This document shows, one piece after another, positions 1 to 11,735 of a stretch of DNA of 64,000 nt. The stretch is from contig CM119265.1 in the NCBI GenBank assembly GCA_051294375.1, positions 15,352,963-15,416,962 of the forward strand, given 5' to 3'. Made by a program: the position numbers and the translations under genes. This DNA is from Paraspadella gotoi. Its lineage: Eukaryota > Animalia > Chaetognatha. Within the stretch, counting starts at the first letter, position 1. Each line of letters opens with the position of its first letter. The notes under the pieces were generated by a model that did not search any database, was not told the origin of the DNA, and saw nothing but the letters and a program-made list of their open reading frames with translations.

Positions 1-1316
1 TTTTCCCACAATTTTAACCAAAGATTTTTACTTACCTCTTCCACTTTCCTTTCTTCCCTCTCACCATCGCCACCCATCGGATCTCACTTCTTTTGTTCGG
101 CCTCCGACTTTTGTTGCATCTTAACGACGCGTGGCGGCGCAGGCGGCGGCGGCGCTAGAGCCGGCTTCTCGTCTTCCAGGATAGAATGGTGGGAACGTCT
201 TCGTCGTCGGCGTGGACGACGACCACGGAAGCCAAGCGAGTTTGAATGTTTCATTAACTTCACCTTAATTGGGTGCGAGTGCGAGTTCTGACNNNNNNNN
301 NNNNNNNNNNNNNNNNNNNNNNNNNNNNNNNNNNNNNNNNNNNNNNNNNNNNNNNNNNNNNNNNNNNNNNNNNNNNNNNNNNNNNNNNNNNNNNNNNNNN
401 NNNNNNNNNNNNNNNNNNNNNNNNNNNNNNNNNNNNNNNNNNNNNNNNNNNNNNNNNNNNNNNNNNNNNNNNNNNNNNNNNNNNNNNNNNNNNNNNNNNN
501 NGAGAGAGAGAGAGAGAGAGAGAGAGAATCGTTTCGTGACGACGATTAAGGCACCGCTAAACGGAACAGCTTCACATCATTCACTCGACGAAAAAAAAAA
601 ATCCTTTCAATTTTGTTATACATGCGCTTCCTTTTCAAATTGGACAAAAAGAAGTAAGATTTAATACGAATCGTCGTCGTCGACTCAAATCTCCGATCCG
701 ACTTGGCATCCATAGATTCCCTTCATCCTCGAGAGATGTCGCGACTGAAATTCCCGGGGAAACTTGGAAAGGGTCCTCCCAACGCCGAACAAAAGATCCC
801 GAAGAAACCCAAACGGTTTTAAAAATTACCAAAATAAAGAAGAGAAATGGACTCCTAAGAAATGAGAGGACGAGGGGCAGGGTGGGTGCTGCTCTGCTGC
901 GGGTAAGTCAACAGAAAACTGGAAAGGCTGACGCAGACAGAGAGAGAGAGGCGGCGAGCATCAAGGAGCATCACGAGAAAGATTTTTACTCATTTCTTTT
1001 TATGTGAGGAAATTCTCGGCAGTTAAAAAAAAAGANNNNNNNNNNNNNNNNNNNNNNNNNNNNNNNNNNNNNNNNNNNNNNNNNNNNNNNNNNNNNNNNN
1101 NNNNNNNNNNNNNNNNNNNNNNNNNNNNNNNNNNNNNNNNNNNNNNNNNNNNNNNNNNNNNNNNNNNNNNNNNNNNNNNNNNNNNNNNNNNNNNNNNNNN
1201 NNNNNNNNNNNNNNNNNNNNNNNNNNAATATCGGGAAGAAAAGAGAAAGAGAAAAGAGACAGATAATATTAGATATGAGAAAGAAGGAAAGAATGAAAAG
1301 AAAGAAATAAAGAAAG

Positions 1317-1359
<43 letters not shown>

Positions 1360-1443
1360 AAAGAAAAAACATAAGGAAAAAGAAAGAAAGAAGGAAGAAA
1401 GACAAGAAGAACGAAAGAAGAATAAAAATAAGACAAGAAAAGA

Positions 1444-1476
<33 letters not shown>

Positions 1477-2261
1477 GAAACAAACAAGTTAATAAACAAA
1501 CATTGAGAGAAACACAATGGCAAAAAAAAAAAGTAAGAAAAAATCAAAGAAAAAGAAAATTAAAACAACAAACAGACAGACGTAGAGACCAACGTACTGA
1601 CGAACAGACAGAAAGAAACGTAGTCGATGATGAGGAGGATGACAACTCGTAAAAAGGGGGAATCTCGTCTCTAATGGAGGAAAAAAAGTAAAAGAAGGAA
1701 AAAAAAAAGAAAATCAGGAAAAAGTAATGGGAGTTTTATGCCCAACTTTATGAATGTACCTTTTTTTATTTTGAGGAAGGGACGACGAACTAAAATTTTA
1801 AAGTGGTGGCAAGGAAACACGAAAGCTTTTAAATGGAAGAGCGAGACAGAATCTATTGCAAAACGTGCAGAGTAAATAAAGTCCACATGTTTCAATTGCG
1901 TAATGAACGTAAACGTGAACACTGAACAATGTTCAGTGAACATACCTAAGGTGAACATAACTAAGGTTTTACTGTTTCCTGCTCTGATTCACGATTGTTT
2001 TGTATTTACAGTGCCGGTACGGATATATCGTTCTGCAATAATTATGTAAGTCTGTTAATAAAAATTTTAGTAATTATAGTATATTTTAGCTCTTTGAGTT
2101 TACTAAATAAAAAAAAATCAATTTCCTGACGAACGAACCGTCGTTTGCCTGATTCCACTGGCGCCGAGGAATTACGAAACTCGCACTCGATTTTCGATAT
2201 TCAATTTTTGCAAGAAATCACTCATAGTTTTTAATGTCTGGCTATTCATTTTTATTGCCTT

Positions 2262-2874
2262 TATGGTGGACTAAAATCCACCAACCGTTCATCAGCGGCA
2301 TTGGTGCCGGAGGCAAGTCATTGCCTCCCAACCCAAAGGTCGGAGTTCGCCGGTGGTCGTCTGGCTTACGAGGACGGGCGCTTAACCCGCTTTAACATGG
2401 TGTACAGCTGATCCGAAGTCCAGGATGCTTATATTGAACAGTTCTGTCATTAACAATTACAATATTACTGTCTCTTCATTGTGAGCCCGACTTCCGAACA
2501 CACAGCACAACAACACTTTCAGGCGACATGCCTCACTGGCATGCACTTTCCGCCACAACACATCAGGCGACATGCCTCAACTTGGTGACGAACTTTCACC
2601 AACAACAACATTCACTGAAGAGACGCAACAGACTTCTCCTACGGGAGGGGGGATGTATGGTGAACTAAAACACCACCGTTCATCAGTGGCCATTGGTGCC
2701 GGAGCAAGTCATTCGCCTCCAACCCAAAGTCCGGGTTCTCGCCCGGTGGTCGTCTGGCAGTTAAAGGACGGGCGCTTAACCCGCTCTGTAACAGTGTTAC
2801 AGCTCATCCGAAGCTCAGGACGCTTATTTGAACGGTTCTGTCATTAACACTTATCAATAATTACTGTCTCTTCA
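2262..2874 (+). mobile_element. Non-autonomous miniature LTR retroelement (TRIM), copy 1
   Basis: Direct ~217-bp LTRs at 2262-2478 and 2654-2874, both ending ctcttCA. PBS-like ttgtgagcccgac follows the 5' LTR and resembles the tRNA-Trp PBS TGGTGACCCCGAC. PPT gggagggggga precedes TGTATGG. TSD is CCTT (2258-2261 and 2875-2878). There is no coding capacity. Confidence 0.85.
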
Positions 2875-3685
2875 CCTTTATTTAAAGTTTTATATGCAAG
2901 TTGAATGCTTCTAGAAACAAATTTTTAAATCCTTTTACGACATTGTATAGAGGCTTTCTTTCGTTGCAGATATAAATTTGAAGAGAAAATAAAGTTTTAT
3001 TAACAAACAACGATTTTTTTGGGAGAGGGAACGTACATGTTTCGACTCTTGTTACGCTTTTGAACAAATCGCAGTTTGTTAACAAAACTTTCCTTTTAAG
3101 AAAAAACTTAAATCGAAACGTATTATCCGTTCATACTTACTTTATATATTTTCTTCTTTTTGTTACCCCCTTATTCTAATTCGACTTCCTCTTCTTCTTC
3201 TTCTTCTCAGTCCCTGTTTTTCCGTCTCAAACAAAAGGTAATCGAAGATTCAACCCGCGTCCTCCTGGCGGGAATAAAACTCGAATTTAATCCACACAAA
3301 CTGAGCACACGATCCAATACGATCTCTCTCTCTCTCTCTCTCCCTCTCTTCTTTCGTTCTCTTATTTCGCTCGATCTATCTCTCGCTCTCACCCTTGCGA
3401 GTTAGAATCCCAAAGGCAGTAAAATTCACAATAAAAACACCCGAATTTCGTGATTTTGACTCATCCCAACCCTGGGCCGTGATTAATTCGCGGCCTCGTC
3501 GCCGATTCACATCCAAATTTGGATTTTCACGACTTCTTTCTTCAAAAAAAAAAACGACGAAAGTCTAATTCGGTAAGTTTTAACTTCCTCGTCCATTTAA
3601 TTTAACTTCCCTTCTTTCTGTTAGATATTAATCTTTACTGGAATGAGAGAACGAGAGAGTTCAAAAATGAGAGAGAAAAAAAAAC

Positions 3686-3727
<42 letters not shown>

Positions 3728-4968
3728 TCGTTTTCTATGTACACTTTTTCAAACCAATTCGAGACACTTTATAAATCTTCCCTTTCCTGTCCACATTGGC
3801 TGCAGCCTTGCAGCACGAAAGAGTTCCAAGTTCGAAAGGAAGCGTGTGGGAAGGAGCCAGCTCTGCGGTTCCGCCCACTGGCCACCGTAGAAGAAGAAGA
3901 AGAAAAATAACAAGAAGCCGCTTCACTCTATTTCGAATTTTGATCCTTTGGCTTTGAACCTTCCCAAAAAAAAACATATTCTCCCGATCGTAAAGGAATT
4001 TCGATCACGAGGTTTTCCGCGAATTCCGTCAAAACTCGTCTCGAGATTTGAACAGCGTCTTCGGGATCGATCGAGGCTAGACCATGCTGTTTGACGTTGA
4101 ATCGGCTCGCTGCAATGCAATGCCTCCGGATGGAGGGAAGGATAATTGCGTCGAAATTTTATTTTGCGTACATCCAACGCGATGCCGTCATATTCCCCTC
4201 AGAAAAAAATATAATCGAAGCAAAATTAGCAGAGTAATCAGCTAAACTTGATTATCGACGAGCGAATTTGATTCTGTCCATTTTGGCCCAAATTACGTAA
4301 TGCTAATTGTTTCAACTCGGTTTTAGGTGGGAAGGAGAACGAGCCGACCTCTGCCTTCTGCTTGGCTCGATTAATTTTACCTTCGCTTTCTTTTCTGTTT
4401 TTTTTTTTCTTCGTTTTCAAAATCTTTTTGCTTCGTGAGTTAAATTCTGTCGTTCTTTTTTTTCTTTTTGGTCTTCCCTCAATCGGTTGAATTTGTTTCG
4501 ATCAGATTTTTTTTTTTTTTATTTCTCACGGGTTACTTAATCTTTAGTTCGAAGATTACTCACTCATTTTTGACACGGTTTATAAATTGTTTACTAAATG
4601 CTTTTCTTTAAGAGGGGAAATTTGTACTTAGGATTGCGATTTTTTCCCGTCGTCTTCACAATCACGTTGACTGGCAACGCAAAACGAAATCTCAATAAAC
4701 AAGATAAACAATTTAAACAGGCTCTAACGAGTTTGCAGATATTTAGACATTTTTCGAGCAATCAGCATTTCTTTTTTTTCTCACTCCACGACTTATATCA
4801 TGTAAGCTCCATTGCGCTTCAGCCTAAGCTGCAAAAGGGAAAAGACAAAAGGGATAAAGAGAAAAGGGGATATTAAGAGAAAAAGGGATGACCCGTCTTA
4901 TTTTTTCTCTCCCTTTCGACGCTATCTTCACGTTTTATTGCTATCATAACACGAGGAGAAAAAGACAG

Positions 4969-5073
<105 letters not shown>

Positions 5074-7086
5074 CTCAATCTTCTTGTTTATCCTTCTATC
5101 TCGGGCGGCGTATCTTTCTTCACGGGAACGTCTCTGCGGAAATCTTATGGTGGGAGAATCGCGAAATGAAGAGGATATTTTTTTTTCTTTTTTTTATTTT
5201 TCTTTTTTATTTTGTTTACTGTTCTTTGTTTTCCGGTAGCACCCGCGAGGCTGAGCCAAGGGAGAGGATTCTTTGAGCTTAGGCAGAGGTTCTTGTGAGG
5301 CAAAGACCGTAAATTTAAAATATAAGGGAAATGGAATTTTTGGGTCAGTTACGGTCAAGTTCTATTTCCGTAAACTTAAAGCATATGTACTGTATTTTTG
5401 ATGAGCAATTAACGAAATTATGAAACGGGGGGGAAAAAAATACACAAAAAAACTACACATAGACAAATCGTGCATTCAATTGTTCGTCAGTTGTTCGTTA
5501 GTTTTTTATCTTTTATATCTTGTTTGCTTCTTTTATTATATAATATCGACGATAGGTTCAAAAAGAATAAGAAATTCCTTCATACACCAATCCACGACCC
5601 CACAGTGTGGGGCCCACACTGCCCGATTTTCTAAAAAGACCTCCAGGTTAACGCCCTGTTCCTTCCTCTCCCTGCATATCTCGGGAAAGAGAAATAAAAA
5701 TCTCCGAAAATATTCACCCCTGCCATGATTCCTTTTGATCCCCCATTTTCTGACCCTGAGTCGAAAATGAGGCCAATTTGGGCCAATAATCCGACGCCGA
5801 ATCTTTAAGGCGATGATTTCCGGCTCTTTTCCCTCCCTTGATTCCACTTATCTTCTCCCCGGATTAGGCAAGGCTAATTATTGTTGTTCTTTTATTATTT
5901 AAAGTTTCAATTGGAGTATCAAAAGCTTTTTTTTACAACTTAAACAACTTAAATACTTAAAAACTTTTTAAAAAAAATTATAAAATAAAAAAACTATAAT
6001 AATATTCCTAACAGTTCTTTTATTTCATTTATCTTACTTTTTTTTTCAGTTGGCTTTTGTTTGGTGTGGAAAGAGTTTATTCGGCACGTCATTTGATTCA
6101 TCGACGCGGACGAGTTTCCGTATGAAATAGACTTTCACTGTTTGTGTTCGAGAATTTAATTTTAAAGGCTCGAGGTCGAAACGTGGATCGCGGAACGAGG
6201 GATCGTCATGTTTAAAGAATATGTTTGCTCTAAAAATTGTTTTCCCAAAATAAAACGAGAGAAAACAAGTCTGAAAAAATTGGGTGACAGGCGTGTGTAT
6301 TACCAATGTGACTGTTCAAGACAATGCGCGTAATTTAACATTGTATGTATTGTTTAATAATAATAGTGCCGAAAATCATCCTCTTCATTAACTTTGCATG
6401 TCCATGCATGCACCGTGCACGTGCACTCAACGAAATCACTGAGGGAGAGGGAGGTTCAGGGTTGACAAGCGTCGCATGCGACCGTAAAGAAAACGAGAAA
6501 ATTTAAATCAAATGAACCGACGGTTACCGACGTCGTTTTGTTTCCCCTCGAAGAAAAATCCAGGGAAGAAAAAAGTTACTAAAAAAGGAAAGAATGAGAG
6601 AAGGAAAGAAAGAAAGTAAAAAATGAAAGAAAGAAAGAAAAGAGAGAACGAAAGAACGAAAGACTGTTGAAATTAAAAAGAGAGAGAAACCTGAGCAAAT
6701 AAGAAAGTGAATCCCAGACAAAAGGGAAACGAAAACAAAACAGGCGCCGAATCTAAAGGAAAAAATCAGTTAAAAAAAATAGAAAAACTTGAATAAAAAT
6801 GAAAGAGATCTAAAGACCTCCAAAGAAGATAATGGGAAAGAGTCTATTTCTATTGTTAAATGTCTAAAAAAAAAATATGGAAGAGAAATTGGGCGGGCCA
6901 AACTGAACGATTCTCACAAAATGTCCGTCGGGAAGAAGATGGTAGCTTTATCAAGGTGGGGAACAGATGTCGTTTGTAAATATTGTATTGGAAATTGGAC
7001 TATTGGAAAACTGCAATTGTCAATTTATAAATGAATGGATCGCCATAATGGTTGTTTTTCTTTGGTTAGCGAACCAAAGGAAAACC

Positions 7087-7110
7087 GTCGCCTTGGCAAC
7101 CGCGCGCCAA
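7087..7110. promoter_or_regulatory. RFX X-box (GTCGCCTTGGCAAC) with adjacent E2F-like CGCGCCAA
   Basis: Close match to the X-box palindrome GTTGCCATGGCAAC. Duplicated at ~21990-22003 and ~24429-24442. Confidence 0.5.
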
Positions 7111-7483
7111 CTCTAACGGATTCTTGCGAAAACCAATGACGGACTCCGTTTCAATTCTCGCAGCTTGCGATCTCCCTTATTGGATCTCGGACGCAGGAAC
7201 TGAGGGGAGGGAAGGGTGAGCTCGTGAAAAATATGTGATATACGGCGCGTGAATTTTATATCCGACTCGGTGATAGCTGGTGTTAATTTTGACTACTCAG
7301 ATATACTACAATATTCAAAAATAATATTTAATAAAAAACTGTTAGTTACCACGAGGTCAATACGGGTTTCTTGTTTCACATTTAGCGAAAGAATAATACG
7401 AAACGAAGAAAGCGCTGGAAAAAAGAGAGAGAGAGAGAGAAAGAAGGAAATACGAAGCGATAAGAAAGAGTGAGAGAGAGAGA

Positions 7484-7800
7484 GCCGCCATTTTTTGCGG
7501 CGGGGTTTCGCTGGAGGTTAAGTTTCCTGTGAGTTGCAGGCATCGAAGGGCGTCTCTCTCGGTTGCCAGTGGGCGTGTCCGCGTGGCCGTTGCGGGTTGG
7601 TCGAGAAGAACGGAGTCAGGGCGCGCGACTGGGTGGGGAGCCACAATGGGAGTGCCGAGGTCAATTCCAGCTGGATAGCTTTAACTGTTGGACCAGAATG
7701 AAGAGACCGGAAAAAAAAGATTTTTTTTTGGGTGAGTCGCCGGCGTTTTGAGCCGAGGCGCGCCGATTGGCGGCGTCGAGCGAATTTTGGCGCCGGAGAA
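7484..7800. promoter_or_regulatory. CpG-island-like promoter motif cluster
   Basis: YY1-type GCCGCCATTTT (~7484), KLF/SP-like GGGCGTGTC (~7571), CCAAT as CGATTGGC (~7764) and E2F-type TTTTGGCGCC (~7785). Confidence 0.4.
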
Positions 7801-7819
7801 TCAAAGGTCGAGAAGAGAG

Positions 7820-8511
7820 AACTGGGGAGCCTTTTGTACGAATGGTTACAATCCTTCTTAGGAACGACAGAGAGCGAATCAAACAGTTTCGGAGATTGCG
7901 TCCAACTGTGAGAGAAAGTGATTGATGGTTGAATGCGATCTGGATTTGAACCTGTTAATCCATTAATTTAAATCCATTTATTATATTCGCGGATTTCATT
8001 AACTTATTAGTTGTAAGTTCTATTAGTATTAAGTTTTTCGTAATTTTCATTGTTTTTAAACAGCTTTCTCAGTATCATTCGGCAATCTTCCTTCTCAGCT
8101 GTCTCTTTCCTGTCTGAATCAGCCTTACTTTCACTGCCTTTTGTTGCTTTTCAATCTTCGCCATTTTCGATCTGTTTTCATCATTCTCACTCTTCCCACC
8201 TTCGCTTTTCACGATTCCATCCTTTCTCGCGGATCCATTGCTTCGCCCGATCGGCCCCGGATGCAATGGGAACCGAATCCAATTCCATCTTAACTTTTTA
8301 TATTTTTTCCCCTTTTTTTATAAACTTTTTACGAGGTTGTTTCCCTGCCTCACACAGAGTCGGGAGTCTGAAAATCGTAACCAAGTTTCTTACTTTTTTT
8401 GGTATAGATTTTTGGTTGAAGTATTATGTAGCAAAGATGGAAAATATGCTTTGGAAATTTCAAGTATGCTGCAAAGCATGTAAAGTATGTTCAAACAGCA
8501 CAGAAAAGCTG
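7820..8511 (+). other. Candidate exon pair (~7820-7907 and 8408-8511), possibly a CH-domain-like N-terminus
   Basis: Donor GTGAGA at 7908 and acceptor tttttggtatag at 8407 are phase-compatible. They give LLYEWLQSFLGTTESESNSFGDCVQL|FLVEVLCSKDGKYALE. The indel-prone sequence prevents a full model. Confidence 0.25.
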
Positions 8512-11500
8512 GTAAGAACGTAGTTGCTTTCACCCAACCAAGAAATGCATCTTTCGACGGTCTAGAATCCATATCCAAAAAAGAGAAAAAAAACTAGTTT
8601 TTTCCGGCCAATTTGTTTGTTCAAGGTTGACTTCTTTTTAACATCCGTTTTAAGTGTGGAAAAACTCTTTCGAAGTGAATGACGTGGGTTTTGTGGTTTC
8701 GTGGGTTTGAGTCGGTTTTTCGTGGGAGTTTCTGTTTTGCGAGTTCGTTTTCCTTAATCCCTTTTTTTCGTTCTGTTACGTTTCTCTCAATTGGACCGAG
8801 GCACGTTTGATTTTCTCTCCCTTAATTGGTTAGGGTTCCAAAGAATATTTCTTTCGATTTGCGAGTTAGCCTGGCAGGTCCACATTATTATTTCATCTTG
8901 TCATGTTACAATTTGATTTTATTACGTGATGTCGTGAACAGCAACGAAAGACAATTTTAATCAACTCTAAACTTCTTCCAAATTTTTTTACCTGTCCATC
9001 CCGTGAATCGAAACGAATTCGGTTTTTTTTCCTCACTTCCTATTTTCCTATTTATTTTTCCCTCTTCCTATTTTCCTATTTATTTTCCCCTCCTTCTCTC
9101 CTCGTTGCCCAAGATCCGCCTGATAATCTTCTCTATTGTGCGAACGCCATGAATTCAATGAGATTCGGTCCCATTTTAACGAAGTCGAATTGCTTCCTTC
9201 CAACTACAATTTCATACGTAACGGTCGTCGTCATCGTCGTCGTAATCGTCATCGTCGTCGTCGTCGGTGTCTAGTTAGAAAATGTCTTCTTTACGACTTT
9301 CGCTTCTTTTAATCTCGTTTTACTCTCGTCATGTCGTCGTCGTCGCAATCTATAGCGTCTTTTTACTGCCACGCAGACTGTCGATGTCTCTTCAACTGTC
9401 CGTTTTTTTTGGTTTTTTTTTGTTTGACTGATCTCTGATTTTCCGGCAGATTCTCTGGTTCGTGTCTCGAATTCCGGCAACGAATTTCCGCCACCGAGCG
9501 AATTTATCGCCGCTCATCGGCCGGCAACCCGGCCCCGTTATCATTCGGCGGCGTCGGACAGGCACTTTCGCCCGTCACGCCTCGTAGCCACCTGGCGAGG
9601 AAATTCAGTCTCTTCCTCGCCTCGCGCTCTGCCTTATCTCTACCCCATCTTTGCCATTTCCGGCGCGCGTCACGCCTCAGCGCTTAACCATCTCTTTTCT
9701 CTCTCTTCAACGAAGAACCTTACCATTAGGCCCGCCGTGTCTCACCACTAACCGAAAAGCCTCTCATTCCTTCTGCACAACGAACAGCACTCTTTGAACC
9801 CAACAGTACACTACACCTAAACACACTGCAAACTATACACTGCATATAACCCGTACTACAAAATAGTACTATCTAGGAAAAAAGTATATAACATTTTTTT
9901 TAAAAATCGAATATTTCAAATTTAAATGAATTTTTTTTCAGTAGCTTCCTTCCATTTTTTATAGGTCAAATTGTTTAGAAGTTAGAGGCAAAAAATATTT
10001 ATACTTTAAATTAAAAAAATCATCTTTAGGTTTTTACCATTTTTGTATTTAGTTATTTGTTTTTATTTCAATAAGAGTTAGTTATTTTTTTATTTTTTAA
10101 TTTTGGTAATGCTAAAGGCTTTGCACCTCTTTTTGTTTCAAAAAAGTACTATTATAGTTCTCAGAAAAAAGGAAAGATGCGCAAAATTAACATTGGGGCT
10201 GAAAAGAATTGCGTTAAAGATGTGAAAAAATATTTCACTATCATACCTCAATTTGCTGTATGCCAGAAACGGTATACTAATATTAAGAATGTTTTACCTA
10301 TTTTTTGTATACTTTTATTGAATAAATGAATACTTTATACTTTATACTTTTATACTTTTTCCTAGTTAGTACATCCTCGCCTAAGTTATCAATCCTTTTC
10401 ATCAATTTTTCTCTCCATTCCTCACTCTCCTCTCAACGAACCCTTTACCATCGCGAGCGATTGGCATATTTTGTCATCCTCCCATTTCGCGCCATTTTGC
10501 TCGACTCGACGCCACCTGACGTCCACTTTTTCGACGACACGCGCGGTCGTCGTCCGTCATAAACGTCTTGGCGATCGCGCACCGTTTTTGCCATCCGTCC
10601 ACTGGCGAATGTCTTTTCTTCGTTGCCATCTCATCCGTGGCCTTCCGTACCTCATTGCCGTCTCCTCGCGCCATCTGCCTCGCCGACGTCAAACGTCACT
10701 GTATTCCTCGCACCTGCGCAGCGGATGTCGCTTTACTTCCCTTCCTCTTTCTCCTCCCCCTCCTCTTTTTTTCCCCGCTCGAAACCTATTTCTTTGGGTC
10801 TCGCACCTGGCCTTGTCGTCTTCTTCCCCGCGTGTCGGCACCCGTCCTTCGCATCTCCCTCTCGGGAGGCGTCGCATCGGATGCCTCCAAAGACGTGACT
10901 CGGATGCAGATGAGATTTCGTCACGACGACATTGGCGACGAAAGCGATCGCGAATATGACGACGATATGATAACGACGATGACGACGGACGATTATCGAA
11001 GTCTGTGAGGCTGACGAGTGATTGTGATCACGTCTCGCGATGAAAATTTCAAAAAATCAAGCAGAACGAGAAATAGTAGGATTTTTTTTTTTTTAACTCA
11101 AAGTTTCTCGCGTCTTTCTAGATGTAATTCCACTTTGACCGATTTCCGCTCCGATAAGTTTTCTTCCCTCGACGACCAACCACGTTTCTAGTCAATGAAA
11201 TCTCGACGCCAATTTTTACTTGTGTCAATTGACCCTCGGACGATTTCCACTGTCCTTGTCTCTCAACACCCCCCCCTTAACCATCCCTTTTTTTTTTCAA
11301 AAGTCCCGTCATCCCGTCATCCCGTCGTCGAAGTCGTCGGCGAATCGCCGGACGACCGGCCCAGCGACGGAAAAAAATCCGCCTCTGAAATTCAAATGAC
11401 GTCTTTCAATTTATTTTGCAATTATGCGCGTTTGACGACGTCACGAACAAAAATAGAATCCCGGTCGCGAGCTTTTTTTTTTCTTTTTAATTCCACCCTT

Positions 11501-11710
11501 TCACACCGTGAGAACGAAAAAGAGAGGACGTGAGTTTCTTCTTTTTTTTTATTCTTTGGTTAAATTTAATTCATGGCTTCTATTTTACTTTGTACGTGTG
11601 GTGGGAAAAGAAAAAAAAAACTTTGAATGCCTCCTTACATTATTTATGATCCCAGTTTTATCATTTTTAAAGCCGCCGATAATCCGTAAATTTATTAAAT
11701 CTCGAATGTC

Positions 11711-11735
11711 GCGCGAAACTTGTAACCTTGGCAAC
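11711..11735. promoter_or_regulatory. E2F site (GCGCGAAA) plus RFX X-box (GTAACCTTGGCAAC)
   Basis: Motif match; duplicated in copies B and C. Confidence 0.45.

Noticed and set aside
2012-2045. Isolated 34-nt exon with good splice sites
   Set aside because: It could be real but cannot be linked to any other exon or product from the sequence alone.
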